Source: an uncultured Acidobacteriota bacterium
Lineage (GTDB): Bacteria > Acidobacteriota > Blastocatellia > Pyrinomonadales > Pyrinomonadaceae
DNA length: 64,000 bases
NCBI GenBank assembly: GCA_963738935.1
Contig: CAVTYF010000001.1
Span: 3,310,275 to 3,374,274 of the forward strand
Direction of reading: 5' to 3'
Made by a program: the position numbers and the translations under genes. The notes under the pieces were generated by a model. That model searched no databases and was not told where the DNA came from. It worked only from the letters and a program-made list of their open reading frames with translations. Every line of letters starts with the position of its first letter. The stretch's first letter is position 1. Below are positions 36,017 to 45,503 of this stretch, piece by piece.

Positions 36017-39000
36017 CTATTCCTGTCCAACAAAGTCGACATCCGTTAGGGTATCGGTGACGTTTACGCTGCGCGAACCGAAGCGAAAACGGCGTGACGT
36101 GACGGAGATGACGTAGCTCTGACCAACTTCGACATCGTCGAACGAGTACACGCCAAATGAGCTGGTCGTGGCCGTTCGGCGGTTGCCTTCGCTGTCAACG
36201 ATTGCCACCGTTGCGTTACGGATGCCCTGACCGTTTGGAGTCAGAACACGACCTGTGACCCTGACGCCAGCGGCGGTTGGGCCGATGACGACGTTGCCGG
36301 ATTCGTAGGTGGTTGGCAGGGCCGCTCCCGTAGTGCTCGCGACGAATTGCCCCGTCGGAGTGCTCGAGAACGTGACAGGATAGGTTCCGGCCACTGCACC
36401 AGGCGCCACCATGAAGGTAAGCAGTGCCATTTGACGCGTTCCCAACGCATAGGTGTTGGTTGACGATACGAGGATGCCGACACGGCCCATTGCCGCCTGC
36501 GACGTGTTCGTACCGATGTCAGCACCGGCCGGAACTCCCGATCCGAGCGCGGCTGACACGAATGTCAGCACGGTCGAGTTGAAGTTTACCGTGTAGCTCG
36601 CCGATGTCTCGTCACCCTGTGAATCGAGCTGAATCGGTACAACTACAGTCTGTCCCGCCGAGGTCGTCGTATTGACCGCACGGATGATGCGTCCAACGAG
36701 CTCAGGTGCGGCGATCTCTGGCACGGTCGGCGGTGGGCCGAGCGGGCCGCAGATCGGTTTTGGCGGCAGATCGCCGAGGTTGTAGCGACGAATGATCGTC
36801 ACGTCACCTGCATCGATCTGGCCGTTGCCGCAGCCGTTATTCATATCGAGATTGACGTCCGCAGCCTGGAACTGGCGGCCAGCACCTGGTCTCGGTATAT
36901 TGCCGAGCACCATCTGCCTGATAACGGTCACGTCGTTCGCGAGTACCGCATTGTCACCCGCAGCACCGCCCGCCGCATCGACCACATCGCCCTCGATACC
37001 CACCGTGACGCCTTCGTCATTGACGATGGTGCCGACACCGAGTCCGTCTGTGATGGTGCCGTTGGTGACGTTTGTGATGTTGACACTAAACGTCTCGTTC
37101 GGCTCGGTCGTGGTGTCACCGTTGACCGTGACGGCAACGCTCTTTGTCAGCTCGTTTGGGGCAAATGTCACCGTGCTTGATGGCAGGGCAATGTAATCGC
37201 TCGGGGCCGTCGCCGTTCCGTTGGATGTGTTGTAGGTCACAACCGAGCTAAACGCCGTCGGATTGCCCGAGCGCGTGATGGTAAATGTAAACGGCGTCGT
37301 TCCCGCGTTGCCCTCGTTTCCGTTCACATCATTGACCGCAAATCCAGGCTCGATGTCGTCGTTAACAATCATGCCGACGCCGTTCATCTCAAGAATTCCG
37401 GCATTTACAGGGTTCGAAAGCCGCACCACAAAGGCCTCGTTTGGTTCGAAGGTAATGTCGCCATTGACCGTCACACTGACCCTTTGAAGTGACGGCGAGT
37501 TCGAATCAAAGGTTATCGTTCCGGAAGTGGCAACGTAATCGTTATTTGCCACTGTTGCGGTGCCATCGACCGTCGTATATTGGACACTCGCCGCCGATGC
37601 ACCCATCGCCGGACGCACCGAGATCGTCACATCAAACGCGAATACAGTCGTTCCCGCATCGGTCTCGTTGCGCGTCACATTACCAACCGAAATCTGCGGC
37701 CCCGCCGGTGTCGAAGTCGGAGTTGGAGTCGGAGTTGGAGTCGGAGTAGGCGTCGGTGTCGGCGTTGGTGTAGCTGTCGGCGTCGGTGTCGGCGTTGGCG
37801 TTGGCGTCGGCGTCGGCGTTGGAACGATCAGGCCCTGGATCTCAAATGCACCGATATCGGTTCCGTCGCCGACATTCGTTAAAGCCGGATCGTCCACGGT
37901 ACGGGCCAACCCGCGCTGATCCGTATCGGGTCCGGAAGACTGGCCCTTGTCATGGGCAGGGCTGTTATCGATTGGAGCATGCGTCTCGGTCGGGCCGCCG
38001 TTGTTGGCAAGAGCCAGCAGCATCGGGTTGATCGGAGAGGCCGGCGTACCGATCTGATCGGTCGGATCACCCGGAAAGCCCGTAGCCGTACCGACGTTGC
38101 CGATTAAATTGAATCCGGACGATAAGAAATCACCAGCCAGGTCAGCTACGGTGCTCGACGTGTTGTTACCAGCCACGATCGTATTGCGCAGCAGGCTTGC
38201 TCCGATTAAGCCGTTCGCCGCCTCCGGTCTGCCGGCGGACTCAATGAAAATCCCAGAGCCCGACTGTCCGGGACTTGAGTTATTTGTGATCGTGGAATCA
38301 AGAAGAGAAGATGGGACTCCCTGATTGTAAATACCTCCTCCCTGGCCACCACCGCCGCCAGCGGGCGAATTTGGCCGCTTGGGATTCAAAAAAGCGGTTG
38401 AGTTACCAGAGATCGTTGAACTGACAATGCTCAAGCCTACGAACCCCTCAGGCCTGGCATCCGCATCCGGTATCCTTTCCAGGAAGACAAAGACATTTGC
38501 AATACCGGCTCCAGGCCCGCCATTCGTCGTATTCTCCGAAATAGTTGAACGCCGGATTAAAACTCCCGTGCTGCCAAAATCATTGAGATAGCAAATACCG
38601 CCGCCCAAGGCACCATCAGTGCTATTGCCCGAAATGGTCGAGTCGGTGATAGTCATTCTCGCTTCGGTGGCATTGAGGATACCGCCGCCGCCAAAGAAAA
38701 AGCTTTCAGGTGACGCGGCGTCGGCTTCCCTATTTAAGGGGAAGAAGACAGTATTGTTAACCACTTTCGAATTCAGAATGGTTAAAACAGAACCCGACGC
38801 GTTGTAGATACCGCCGCCGCCGCCGTCGAATACACTAGCGGCTCCGTTTGTTATCGTAAGAGAATTCAGTGTTGCCGTAATCGGATCGCCCTCAGGGGCA
38901 ACCGAACCTCGATTCGGTTCGATACCAATGTAAAACACGCGGCTGTCGAAATTTCCCGAGACCGTCACGATATTGCTGCCACCATTGATCGTCAGATTCT

Positions 39001-41206
39001 TCTCAATAGCTATCTGACCGGTCGTCAACGTGATGGTGAAACTGCCATTGAACGTAATCGTACTGCCCACGCAAGCGTCTATCACCGCCTGCCGCAAACT
39101 GCCCGTACTATTGTCATTCGCGTTCATCACCACCGGATTTGTCACACAAGCCATCGGCGTGGGAGTTGGTGTCGGCGTAGGAGTCGGTGTTGGCGTCGGC
39201 GTCGGGGTTGGCGTTGGCGTTGGCGTCGGTGTTGGCGTTGGTGTTGGAGTCGGTGTCGGCGTCAGCGTCGGCGTCGGCGTCGGCGTTGGCGTTGGCGTTG
39301 GAGTCGGCGTCGGTGTTGGCGTTGGAGTCGGCGTTGGCGTCGGCGTCGGTGTTGGAGTCGGCGTCGGCGTCGGTGTCGGTGTTGGAGTCGGCGTCGGTGT
39401 TGGAGTCGGCGTTGGCGTCGGCGTTGGCGTCGGCGTTGGCGTTGGCGTTGGCGTTGGCGCTTGGCCTGAGCCTTGCACTATGGCAAACGGTGAAAGGGTG
39501 GTCAGACCGCTCGTGCAGACAGTTTTCGTCGCAAAATTGATGCTTGCTAAATCCGTTCGATTTTGCCAAACATTGCTTTCGAGATGCAAAATTCGCAGAT
39601 TATTAAAAGTTATCGAATCTGTTACGGAAGGCAAATTGAAACAAACTTGCGGCGAACCTGTGAATGTGGCGGTTGTGGCGATGTCGTAGGTCAAACCTGT
39701 GGTCGTTGAACCAATCGGCAGACTCGGCAAAGTTGATAAATCGAGCGGAATTTGCTGTGTAATACCGGCGGTTGAAACGGTCGGGAAAGTTATGCGGGCA
39801 TCGCCGACAACGGTTGAAAGTGCGTTTCCGGCTTCGTAATTGGCACGAACTTCGGTTGGCGATAAGGCTCGATTGTAACTTGCGGCTTCGTCAATTATTC
39901 CGTTGAAAAATTGAAATGGAGAGTTTGTGATGCCGCAAAGAGTTCCTGCAGGAAAACCGCCGATAAAGTAATTTGACAAGCAATTGGCGACTACTGAATT
40001 AGTTGGGATTGACTGATTATTTAAGACACCATTGACATATAGACGCAGGGTTACTCCGTCGTAAGTTCCTGCCAAATGCGTGAAAGTGTTTAATGGAATG
40101 GCAGTCGTGCCGATAACTTGTTCAAAAGTATTGAGGGTTGAATCACGATATAGAAAAACGGGTCTATCAACTCCGCCAATTTTGCGAACGACTATTGAAG
40201 TAACGCCATCGCCAATAATCAATTCTTGATTTATCGGATCATTGACGGCGAAAAGCGGGCTAACCCAAGCCTCCAATGAAAATATCTGCGTTGACTGCAC
40301 AAAACCCATATTTACACTGTCGTCCGTGCCGTCTAAACTAAACGCTTGCCCGACTTTACCCGCTGCGTAAGTGTTGGCGGCAAATGCACCGTTATTTGCA
40401 ACGCGAGTGTCGTTGGCATTGCCTTCGCCTTGCCAGATTGAAACCGAACTGCTTGTGTTAATCGTTGCGTTTTGTTTGAGTTTTCCGGCGATTCCGGCAT
40501 TGAAGATTGAAGTTACTTCGTCTTGCGTAATCGCACGGTTGTAAATCGAAACTTCATCCATTTTACCGACAAATGTTCCCGCGTTTGAGCCGATTATCAG
40601 CGGATCGGTGCTGTTAAAAATCGTTCCAAGCGTGAAGGGAAAGAAATTTGTCAGAACGCCGTTGACGTAAACACGAACCGTTGTTCCGTCATAACTGGCA
40701 ACAATGTGAGAAAAAGTATTGAGCGGCAGAACTATTCCGTTGCCGGCATTCAGACAGGTTGAACCGTCGCAGACCCTGAATGAAACTGTTCCGTCGTTGT
40801 TGTAAAACATTCCGTATGACTGCAAGTTCAAGACGTTAATATTTCCTTTGAAAACTAATATGGTGTTGTTTCCCGCACCGCCAACTTGCTGTGGTGAGAC
40901 CCAAGTTTCAAGCGTTATGGCATTGGTTAAATCCAAAGAAGAACTGTCGGGAACGGAGACGTGTTGACCATCGTTAAATTGAAAACCTTGTCCAACTTTG
41001 CCAACCGCAAAACCCGCACCGTTTTGCAATGTGCCGTTATTCGTTCCCGCAATATCATTCGCATTGCCGTCGCCCGACCACCAGCCGACTTGTCCGCTTG
41101 GCGAAACTACCGGAGTTTGTGCAAATCCGTTCAGGCTGAAAAGTAAAAAAGTAAGAGTAAAAATTGTGGTATATGTGCAAATAGCTATTTTCTTAGAAAC
41201 ATTCAT
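36017..41206 (-). CDS. giant secreted multidomain surface protein: 2x LamG-like, PT linker, CSLREA/choice-of-anchor-Q beta-helix region, PT linker, 3x Calx-beta, dockerin-like, cohesin-like, C-terminal CarboxypepD_reg-like domain
   Basis: 1729 aa with a signal peptide. LamG_3 pattern ([21 protein letters not shown]...[15 protein letters not shown], twice). [10 protein letters not shown]. Calx-beta ([26 protein letters not shown]..., three times). Dockerin-like [25 protein letters not shown]. Cohesin-like [30 protein letters not shown]. Confidence 0.85.
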   Translation of the reverse strand: MNVSKKIAICTYTTIFTLTFLLFSLNGFAQTPVVSPSGQVGWWSGDGNANDIAGTNNGTLQNGAGFAVGKVGQGFQFNDGQHVSVPDSSSLDLTNAITLETWVSPQQVGGAGNNTILVFKGNINVLNLQSYGMFYNNDGTVSFRVCDGSTCLNAGNGIVLPLNTFSHIVASYDGTTVRVYVNGVLTNFFPFTLGTIFNSTDPLIIGSNAGTFVGKMDEVSIYNRAITQDEVTSIFNAGIAGKLKQNATINTSSSVSIWQGEGNANDTRVANNGAFAANTYAAGKVGQAFSLDGTDDSVNMGFVQSTQIFSLEAWVSPLFAVNDPINQELIIGDGVTSIVVRKIGGVDRPVFLYRDSTLNTFEQVIGTTAIPLNTFTHLAGTYDGVTLRLYVNGVLNNQSIPTNSVVANCLSNYFIGGFPAGTLCGITNSPFQFFNGIIDEAASYNRALSPTEVRANYEAGNALSTVVGDARITFPTVSTAGITQQIPLDLSTLPSLPIGSTTTGLTYDIATTATFTGSPQVCFNLPSVTDSITFNNLRILHLESNVWQNRTDLASINFATKTVCTSGLTTLSPFAIVQGSGQAPTPTPTPTPTPTPTPTPTPTPTPTPTPTPTPTPTPTPTPTPTPTPTPTPTPTPTPTPTPTPTPTLTPTPTPTPTPTPTPTPTPTPTPTPTPTPTPTPTPTPMACVTNPVVMNANDNSTGSLRQAVIDACVGSTITFNGSFTITLTTGQIAIEKNLTINGGSNIVTVSGNFDSRVFYIGIEPNRGSVAPEGDPITATLNSLTITNGAASVFDGGGGGIYNASGSVLTILNSKVVNNTVFFPLNREADAASPESFFFGGGGILNATEARMTITDSTISGNSTDGALGGGICYLNDFGSTGVLIRRSTISENTTNGGPGAGIANVFVFLERIPDADARPEGFVGLSIVSSTISGNSTAFLNPKRPNSPAGGGGGQGGGIYNQGVPSSLLDSTITNNSSPGQSGSGIFIESAGRPEAANGLIGASLLRNTIVAGNNTSSTVADLAGDFLSSGFNLIGNVGTATGFPGDPTDQIGTPASPINPMLLALANNGGPTETHAPIDNSPAHDKGQSSGPDTDQRGLARTVDDPALTNVGDGTDIGAFEIQGLIVPTPTPTPTPTPTPTPTATPTPTPTPTPTPTPTPTPTSTPAGPQISVGNVTRNETDAGTTVFAFDVTISVRPAMGASAASVQYTTVDGTATVANNDYVATSGTITFDSNSPSLQRVSVTVNGDITFEPNEAFVVRLSNPVNAGILEMNGVGMIVNDDIEPGFAVNDVNGNEGNAGTTPFTFTITRSGNPTAFSSVVTYNTSNGTATAPSDYIALPSSTVTFAPNELTKSVAVTVNGDTTTEPNETFSVNITNVTNGTITDGLGVGTIVNDEGVTVGIEGDVVDAAGGAAGDNAVLANDVTVIRQMVLGNIPRPGAGRQFQAADVNLDMNNGCGNGQIDAGDVTIIRRYNLGDLPPKPICGPLGPPPTVPEIAAPELVGRIIRAVNTTTSAGQTVVVPIQLDSQGDETSASYTVNFNSTVLTFVSAALGSGVPAGADIGTNTSQAAMGRVGILVSSTNTYALGTRQMALLTFMVAPGAVAGTYPVTFSSTPTGQFVASTTGAALPTTYESGNVVIGPTAAGVRVTGRVLTPNGQGIRNATVAIVDSEGNRRTATTSSFGVYSFDDVEVGQSYVISVTSRRFRFGSRSVNVTDTLTDVDFVGQE
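37708..37822. repeat. hexanucleotide (Pro-Thr codon) tandem repeat, PT linker 2 of the giant protein
   Basis: Plus-strand periodic GGHGTY units (ggagtt/ggagtc/ggcgtc/ggtgtc/ggcgtt) encode (TP)n on the minus strand. Confidence 0.8.
39156..39465. repeat. hexanucleotide (Pro-Thr codon) tandem repeat of about 310 nt, PT linker 1 of the giant protein
   Basis: About 50 consecutive GGHGTY units encode TPTPTP... This also generates several spurious ORFs on both strands. Confidence 0.85.
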
Positions 41207-41230
41207 CTTGATTTCTCTCCTAAATTTGGC

Positions 41231-41261
41231 CTACTAAACATAAACGCGAAAAATTTAGTAG
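41231..41261. promoter_or_regulatory. inverted repeat in the divergent intergenic region between the giant protein gene and the ECF sigma gene
   Basis: ctactaaa-(15 nt)-tttagtag. This is the only obvious symmetric element in the 79-nt AT-rich spacer. Confidence 0.25.
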
Positions 41262-41285
41262 AATTTTTCAGAACTCAAAAAAAAT

Positions 41286-41834
41286 ATGGCTGAGGAAATC
41301 ACGCGACTATTGCAGGATTGGCAAAGCGGTAGAAAAGAGGCTTTGGACGAGCTTTTGCCGATTGTTTATGACGAACTGCGCCGTGTCGCTCACCGGTTAT
41401 TGTCGAATGAGTATGCCGAAACTTTGCCGACGACGGCACTCGTTCACGAGGCGTATATGAAGCTCGTCGGCCAGCATTCGGTCGATTGGCAAAATCGGGG
41501 ACAGTTCTTTGCGATCGCCTCGCAGGCGATGCGGCGGATTTTAGTTGACCATGCCCGTTCGAGGCATTCACATAAACGTGATGGAATAAAAATAGATTTG
41601 GACGACGCCGTAACGCTCTCTGTTTCGATGGACGAGTCACTGCTGGATCTCGATCTTGCTTTGAACGAACTCGCCGAACTTGATGAATCACAGGCAAAGA
41701 TCGTTGAGCTGCGCTATTTTGCCGGTCTGACATTTGAAGAAACGGCCGCGGTTTTGAATATTTCAACGGCGGCCGTTTTTCGTGAATGGACACTGGCAAG
41801 AGCGTGGCTTTATCGAAAAATTAACGGCGTTTGA
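41286..41834 (+). CDS. ECF-type RNA polymerase sigma factor (TIGR02999-like, kinase-associated group)
   Basis: ITRLLQDWQSGRKEALDELLPIVYDELRRVAHRLL...TALVHEAYMKL...WQNRGQFFAIASQAMRRILVDHAR is the characteristic N-terminal pattern of this ECF family. Confidence 0.85.
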   Translation: MAEEITRLLQDWQSGRKEALDELLPIVYDELRRVAHRLLSNEYAETLPTTALVHEAYMKLVGQHSVDWQNRGQFFAIASQAMRRILVDHARSRHSHKRDGIKIDLDDAVTLSVSMDESLLDLDLALNELAELDESQAKIVELRYFAGLTFEETAAVLNISTAAVFREWTLARAWLYRKINGV

Positions 41835-41875
41835 AATTTTCCTCATTAAATTTCGCGTTTATCTAATAGAGACAT

Positions 41876-44545
41876 ATGTCGAACTCCGATTGGCTAAAAA
41901 TTAAAGAGATTTTCTATCAAACGGTCGATCTACCGGAATCCGACCGCGAGGGGTTTCTGGCACAACAGGACGAACTCATCCAAACAGAGATCAGAGAGTT
42001 GCTGGCCTCGCACGAAAAGTCCAACAATTTTATCGCCGAACCCGCCGTTGTCGAATTTGGTCTGAATGGAAAATCACTCGTCGGGCAAAAGATCGGTAAT
42101 TATACCCTAGTCGAAATCATCGGCACCGGCGGAATGGGAACGGTTTTTCTTGCCGAAAAAGGAGGCTTGGAGAAAAAGTTTGCCGTCAAACTCATCAAAC
42201 GCGGAATGGATACGGACGAAGTTTTGCGTCGTTTCGGGCTTGAAAGACAGATACTGGCCCGTCTCGCACATCCGAATATCGCACCGCTTCTCGATGGCGG
42301 AATGACTGACGACGGTTTGCCTTTTTTGGTGATGGAATATGTCGAAGGCGTTTCGATTACGCGATTTTGCGACACGCAGGAACTCGAAACAAAAGAACGT
42401 CTGAAGCTGTTTCGTGCGGTTTGTTCCGCCGTCAACTACGCACATCAAAATCTGATTATTCACCGCGATTTGAAACCGTCAAATATTCTCGTAACCAAAG
42501 ACGGAACACCGAAATTGCTCGATTTCGGAATTGCCAAACTGCTCAATCCCGACGGCTTTGAAGGCACGGCAACAACAATGCAAGCCCGAATGTTCACGCC
42601 CGAATACGCTTCGCCCGAACAACTCAACGGTGAACCGACTACGACTGCCAGCGACGTTTATTCGCTCGGCGTGGTGTTATACGAACTCCTCAGCGGCCAA
42701 CGTCCGTTTCAATCAAACAGCCGAAATTATCAGGAAATCGTCCAGCAGATTTTAACGCAAGAACCTGCTCGTCCTTCGTCAGTGGTCAGTCGTCCGTTGC
42801 AATTGAAAAAAAATATTACATCAGAAAACGAAGGACAAAAGACGAAGGGCGAAGGACAAATAAAAATCCGCAATCCGCAATCCACAATCCGCATTCTGAA
42901 GGGTGATTTGGACAACATCATTCTCAAAGCCTTACGCAAAGAAACGGAACGCCGCTACAATTCCGTGCAGGAATTTTCCGAAGACATTCGCCGACATCTT
43001 GCCCGTTTGCCCGTAACCGCGACTGCCGACACTCGCGTTTATCGTTTTTCAAAATTTGTGCAACGGCATAAAACCGGCGTTTTGGCTGGTGCATTAGTTT
43101 CCGTCTTGATTCTTTCAATCAGCACCATCGCCGTTTGGCAAAGCATCGTAGCGACGCGGGCAAATCGCAAATCGGAAGAAAGGTTAAAAGATATTCGTGA
43201 AGTCGCCAAATCGCTGATGACCGAAACCAACGATTCACTACAAAAAATTCCGGGTAATATCGGTGTGCAAAAAGCTCTGACCGAAAAAAGCGTCGCTCTG
43301 CTCGATAAATTGGCGGGTGATGAAACAAATGACGCAACCTTGCTCGTCGAGCTTGCCGATGCTTATACGAAACTTGCCGAGATTCAAAATTGGTCATTTC
43401 GTGAGTTTGATAAATCCCTCGAAAATCTAACAAAAGCCAAATCAATTTATGAAAAAATTCTGCAAACCGAACCGACAAACGTCAAAATTCGCCGAAGTTT
43501 ATACGCAGCTCAAATGAGGCTCGCCGAAACATTCATACCGACCAAACGACGTGATGAGTTGTTTCAAGTTTTTGGCGAAGCGATTGAAAATCAGCGTGAA
43601 TTAGTTCGTCTTGAACCTCAATCCGCGACGCATCTCGCAAATCTCGCGGGAGTTCACGGCGGTTTTGCAGATGTTAATAATTCCCACGATGAAAAAAATG
43701 TTGCCGTTGAAAATTATCGCAAAGGTATCGAACTTGTTGACCAAGCCATCGAACTGCAAAAATCGCAAGGTAATTCGCCAAAAACAACCGCCGAAATTCC
43801 GAGATTTCATACTATCAAAGGCTGGTTGCTCAAAGGTGTCGGCGATAATCGAAATGCGGTTGAAAATTACCGGATTTCTGCTGAACTTGCGGCAAATGCC
43901 TATCTGGAAGATGCCGCAATCGTTGATAATTTTTTACGCGTCGTCGGTTCTTATCAAAAAATCGGTGAGATTTACGAAAGCGAAAATAATTTCAAACCGG
44001 CGTTGGAAAGTTATCTAAAAGGAAAAGAACAAGCAAGAACCGGGTTAAAGAATAAAAATCTTGCTGATCCTGCCAATATACAAGTTTATGAATGTTTCTT
44101 CACGGTAAAAACCGCCGGAATGTTTGATAAATCGGGAAACAAAGATGATGCAAGGAAATATTTTACCGAAGGTGAAAATCTCTGCCGTCAAACTCTAAAG
44201 CAAAATCCCGACCGTATCGAAACCGTTCTCGAAGAACTAGAAAGATTTTACGCCATCAGCGATTTCTATTTTGCGGCAGGCGAACGCGAACGAAGCATTT
44301 TGCTTTTGACCGAAATCTCCGGAAAATTAGAAACACTTCTCGATAAAAACGAATGGGATTTGCCAACCGCGTTTGCACTTGCCGACACTTACGAAAAAAT
44401 CGGCGACTATCATTCGGGCAAACAAGCCCAGGAATTTTACGAAAGATCCTATAAAATCTGGACTAAATATCAACAAACCTACGCCCTCATGTCCGACGAA
44501 ATAGATAAGATGGATGCATTACGGAAAAAAATTCAGAGTCATTGA
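41876..44545 (+). CDS. Ser/Thr protein kinase with one TM helix and a long C-terminal TPR-like domain
   Basis: GTGGMGTVF...AVK, HRDLKPSNILV, DFGIAK and TPEYASPEQ kinase motifs. TM helix GVLAGALVSVLILSISTIAVW. About 450 aa of helical repeats. Confidence 0.9.
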   Translation: MSNSDWLKIKEIFYQTVDLPESDREGFLAQQDELIQTEIRELLASHEKSNNFIAEPAVVEFGLNGKSLVGQKIGNYTLVEIIGTGGMGTVFLAEKGGLEKKFAVKLIKRGMDTDEVLRRFGLERQILARLAHPNIAPLLDGGMTDDGLPFLVMEYVEGVSITRFCDTQELETKERLKLFRAVCSAVNYAHQNLIIHRDLKPSNILVTKDGTPKLLDFGIAKLLNPDGFEGTATTMQARMFTPEYASPEQLNGEPTTTASDVYSLGVVLYELLSGQRPFQSNSRNYQEIVQQILTQEPARPSSVVSRPLQLKKNITSENEGQKTKGEGQIKIRNPQSTIRILKGDLDNIILKALRKETERRYNSVQEFSEDIRRHLARLPVTATADTRVYRFSKFVQRHKTGVLAGALVSVLILSISTIAVWQSIVATRANRKSEERLKDIREVAKSLMTETNDSLQKIPGNIGVQKALTEKSVALLDKLAGDETNDATLLVELADAYTKLAEIQNWSFREFDKSLENLTKAKSIYEKILQTEPTNVKIRRSLYAAQMRLAETFIPTKRRDELFQVFGEAIENQRELVRLEPQSATHLANLAGVHGGFADVNNSHDEKNVAVENYRKGIELVDQAIELQKSQGNSPKTTAEIPRFHTIKGWLLKGVGDNRNAVENYRISAELAANAYLEDAAIVDNFLRVVGSYQKIGEIYESENNFKPALESYLKGKEQARTGLKNKNLADPANIQVYECFFTVKTAGMFDKSGNKDDARKYFTEGENLCRQTLKQNPDRIETVLEELERFYAISDFYFAAGERERSILLLTEISGKLETLLDKNEWDLPTAFALADTYEKIGDYHSGKQAQEFYERSYKIWTKYQQTYALMSDEIDKMDALRKKIQSH
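42865..42892 (+). repeat. heptanucleotide tandem repeat (AATCCGC)x4 inside the kinase linker
   Basis: aatccgc aatccgc aatccac aatccgc. The unit length is not a multiple of 3. It encodes IRNPQSTIR. Confidence 0.7.
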
Positions 44546-44698
44546 ACTCCGTCACCGCTCTGGTCGTTTCCCCGGCAAAGATCAAATCAAATAAACGCAA
44601 AGTCGAACTGAGTTCTTGCTCGATCAGTTGGGCCTGTGGTCGTGACGCGGTTGTTCGGGCTATGGATGTGGGTTATCATTTGCCGGGAGAAAAAGCGT

Positions 44699-45319
44699 AT
44701 GTTTTGCATCAAATGCGGGTCGGACAATCTCGAGACGGCGAAATTTTGCCGTAAATGCGGCGAATCGGTCGAGGTGGCGGTCGAGGCGGAAGAAGAAACG
44801 CGGGTTGCCGTTCGCGAGAGCGGCGCGGTGGCCGACATCGGTGGCGATGCGGATACTGATTCGCGCGAAGCCGAGATATTTGCGATCAGCCCGACGCTGA
44901 TGTTCGTCAAGGTCGGCTATGTGCTGGCGGCTCTTGGCGCTTTGTTTTTAGCGGCTTTGACGAGTGTTTTCCTGTCGAGCGTGATCTCTGTTTGGTTGTC
45001 GGTATTTATCGGATTAATGCTGTTCCTGATCCCTGCCTTTTACCATTTCAAACAAAAAATGGTGAGCTACACGCTGACCGAATCAAAACTGGAGATTGAC
45101 GAGGGGTTTATCTCGCGCACGACCCGCAGTGTACCGATCCGCCGCATCCAGGACGTAACCGTCTCGGCCAGCGTCCCCCAGCGAATGCTCGGTTTTGGCA
45201 ACCTGACCATCGACAACGCCAGCGACGATGGCGGCGGCAAGGTCGTCATGAGGAATATCAACACACCAAAATTCTACGCCGACGTCCTGCTCAGACAAAT
45301 GCGGCGATTGGATGGATAG
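44699..45319 (+). CDS. zinc-ribbon plus membrane-flanked bacterial PH (bPH_2/YdbS-like) domain protein
   Basis: MFCIKCGSDNLETAKFCRKCG, two TM helices, then YTLTESKLEIDEGFISRTTRSVPIRRIQDVTV...LGFGNLTI. RBS GGGAGA before ATG 44699. Confidence 0.65.
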   Translation: MFCIKCGSDNLETAKFCRKCGESVEVAVEAEEETRVAVRESGAVADIGGDADTDSREAEIFAISPTLMFVKVGYVLAALGALFLAALTSVFLSSVISVWLSVFIGLMLFLIPAFYHFKQKMVSYTLTESKLEIDEGFISRTTRSVPIRRIQDVTVSASVPQRMLGFGNLTIDNASDDGGGKVVMRNINTPKFYADVLLRQMRRLDG

Positions 45320-45503
45320 TGGTTCAGAAAGCCTCTAATTGATATGACCATCAGAGCAATTCTTAAATTCAAGTACTTTCAACTTCACCTCGCCAGTCCG
45401 AAAGCTACCCGCACCTGCGTTCCCAGCTTGATAAAAAGCGCCGAATCGTCGCATAATTTGACGTTCATTCAAACATAATCAAGATTTCAAAGGAGTTCAC
45501 GTA

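Noticed and set aside
39030-39689. Several ORFs on both strands across the PT repeats (for example 39030..39689, 39114..39569, 39187..39540, 37560..37919, 37580..37882), and whether the periodic DNA could be a CRISPR array
   Set aside because: They are poly-GV, poly-AS or poly-DAN translations of the hexanucleotide repeat inside the 1729-aa gene. The 6-nt period has no unique spacers, so it is not a CRISPR array.
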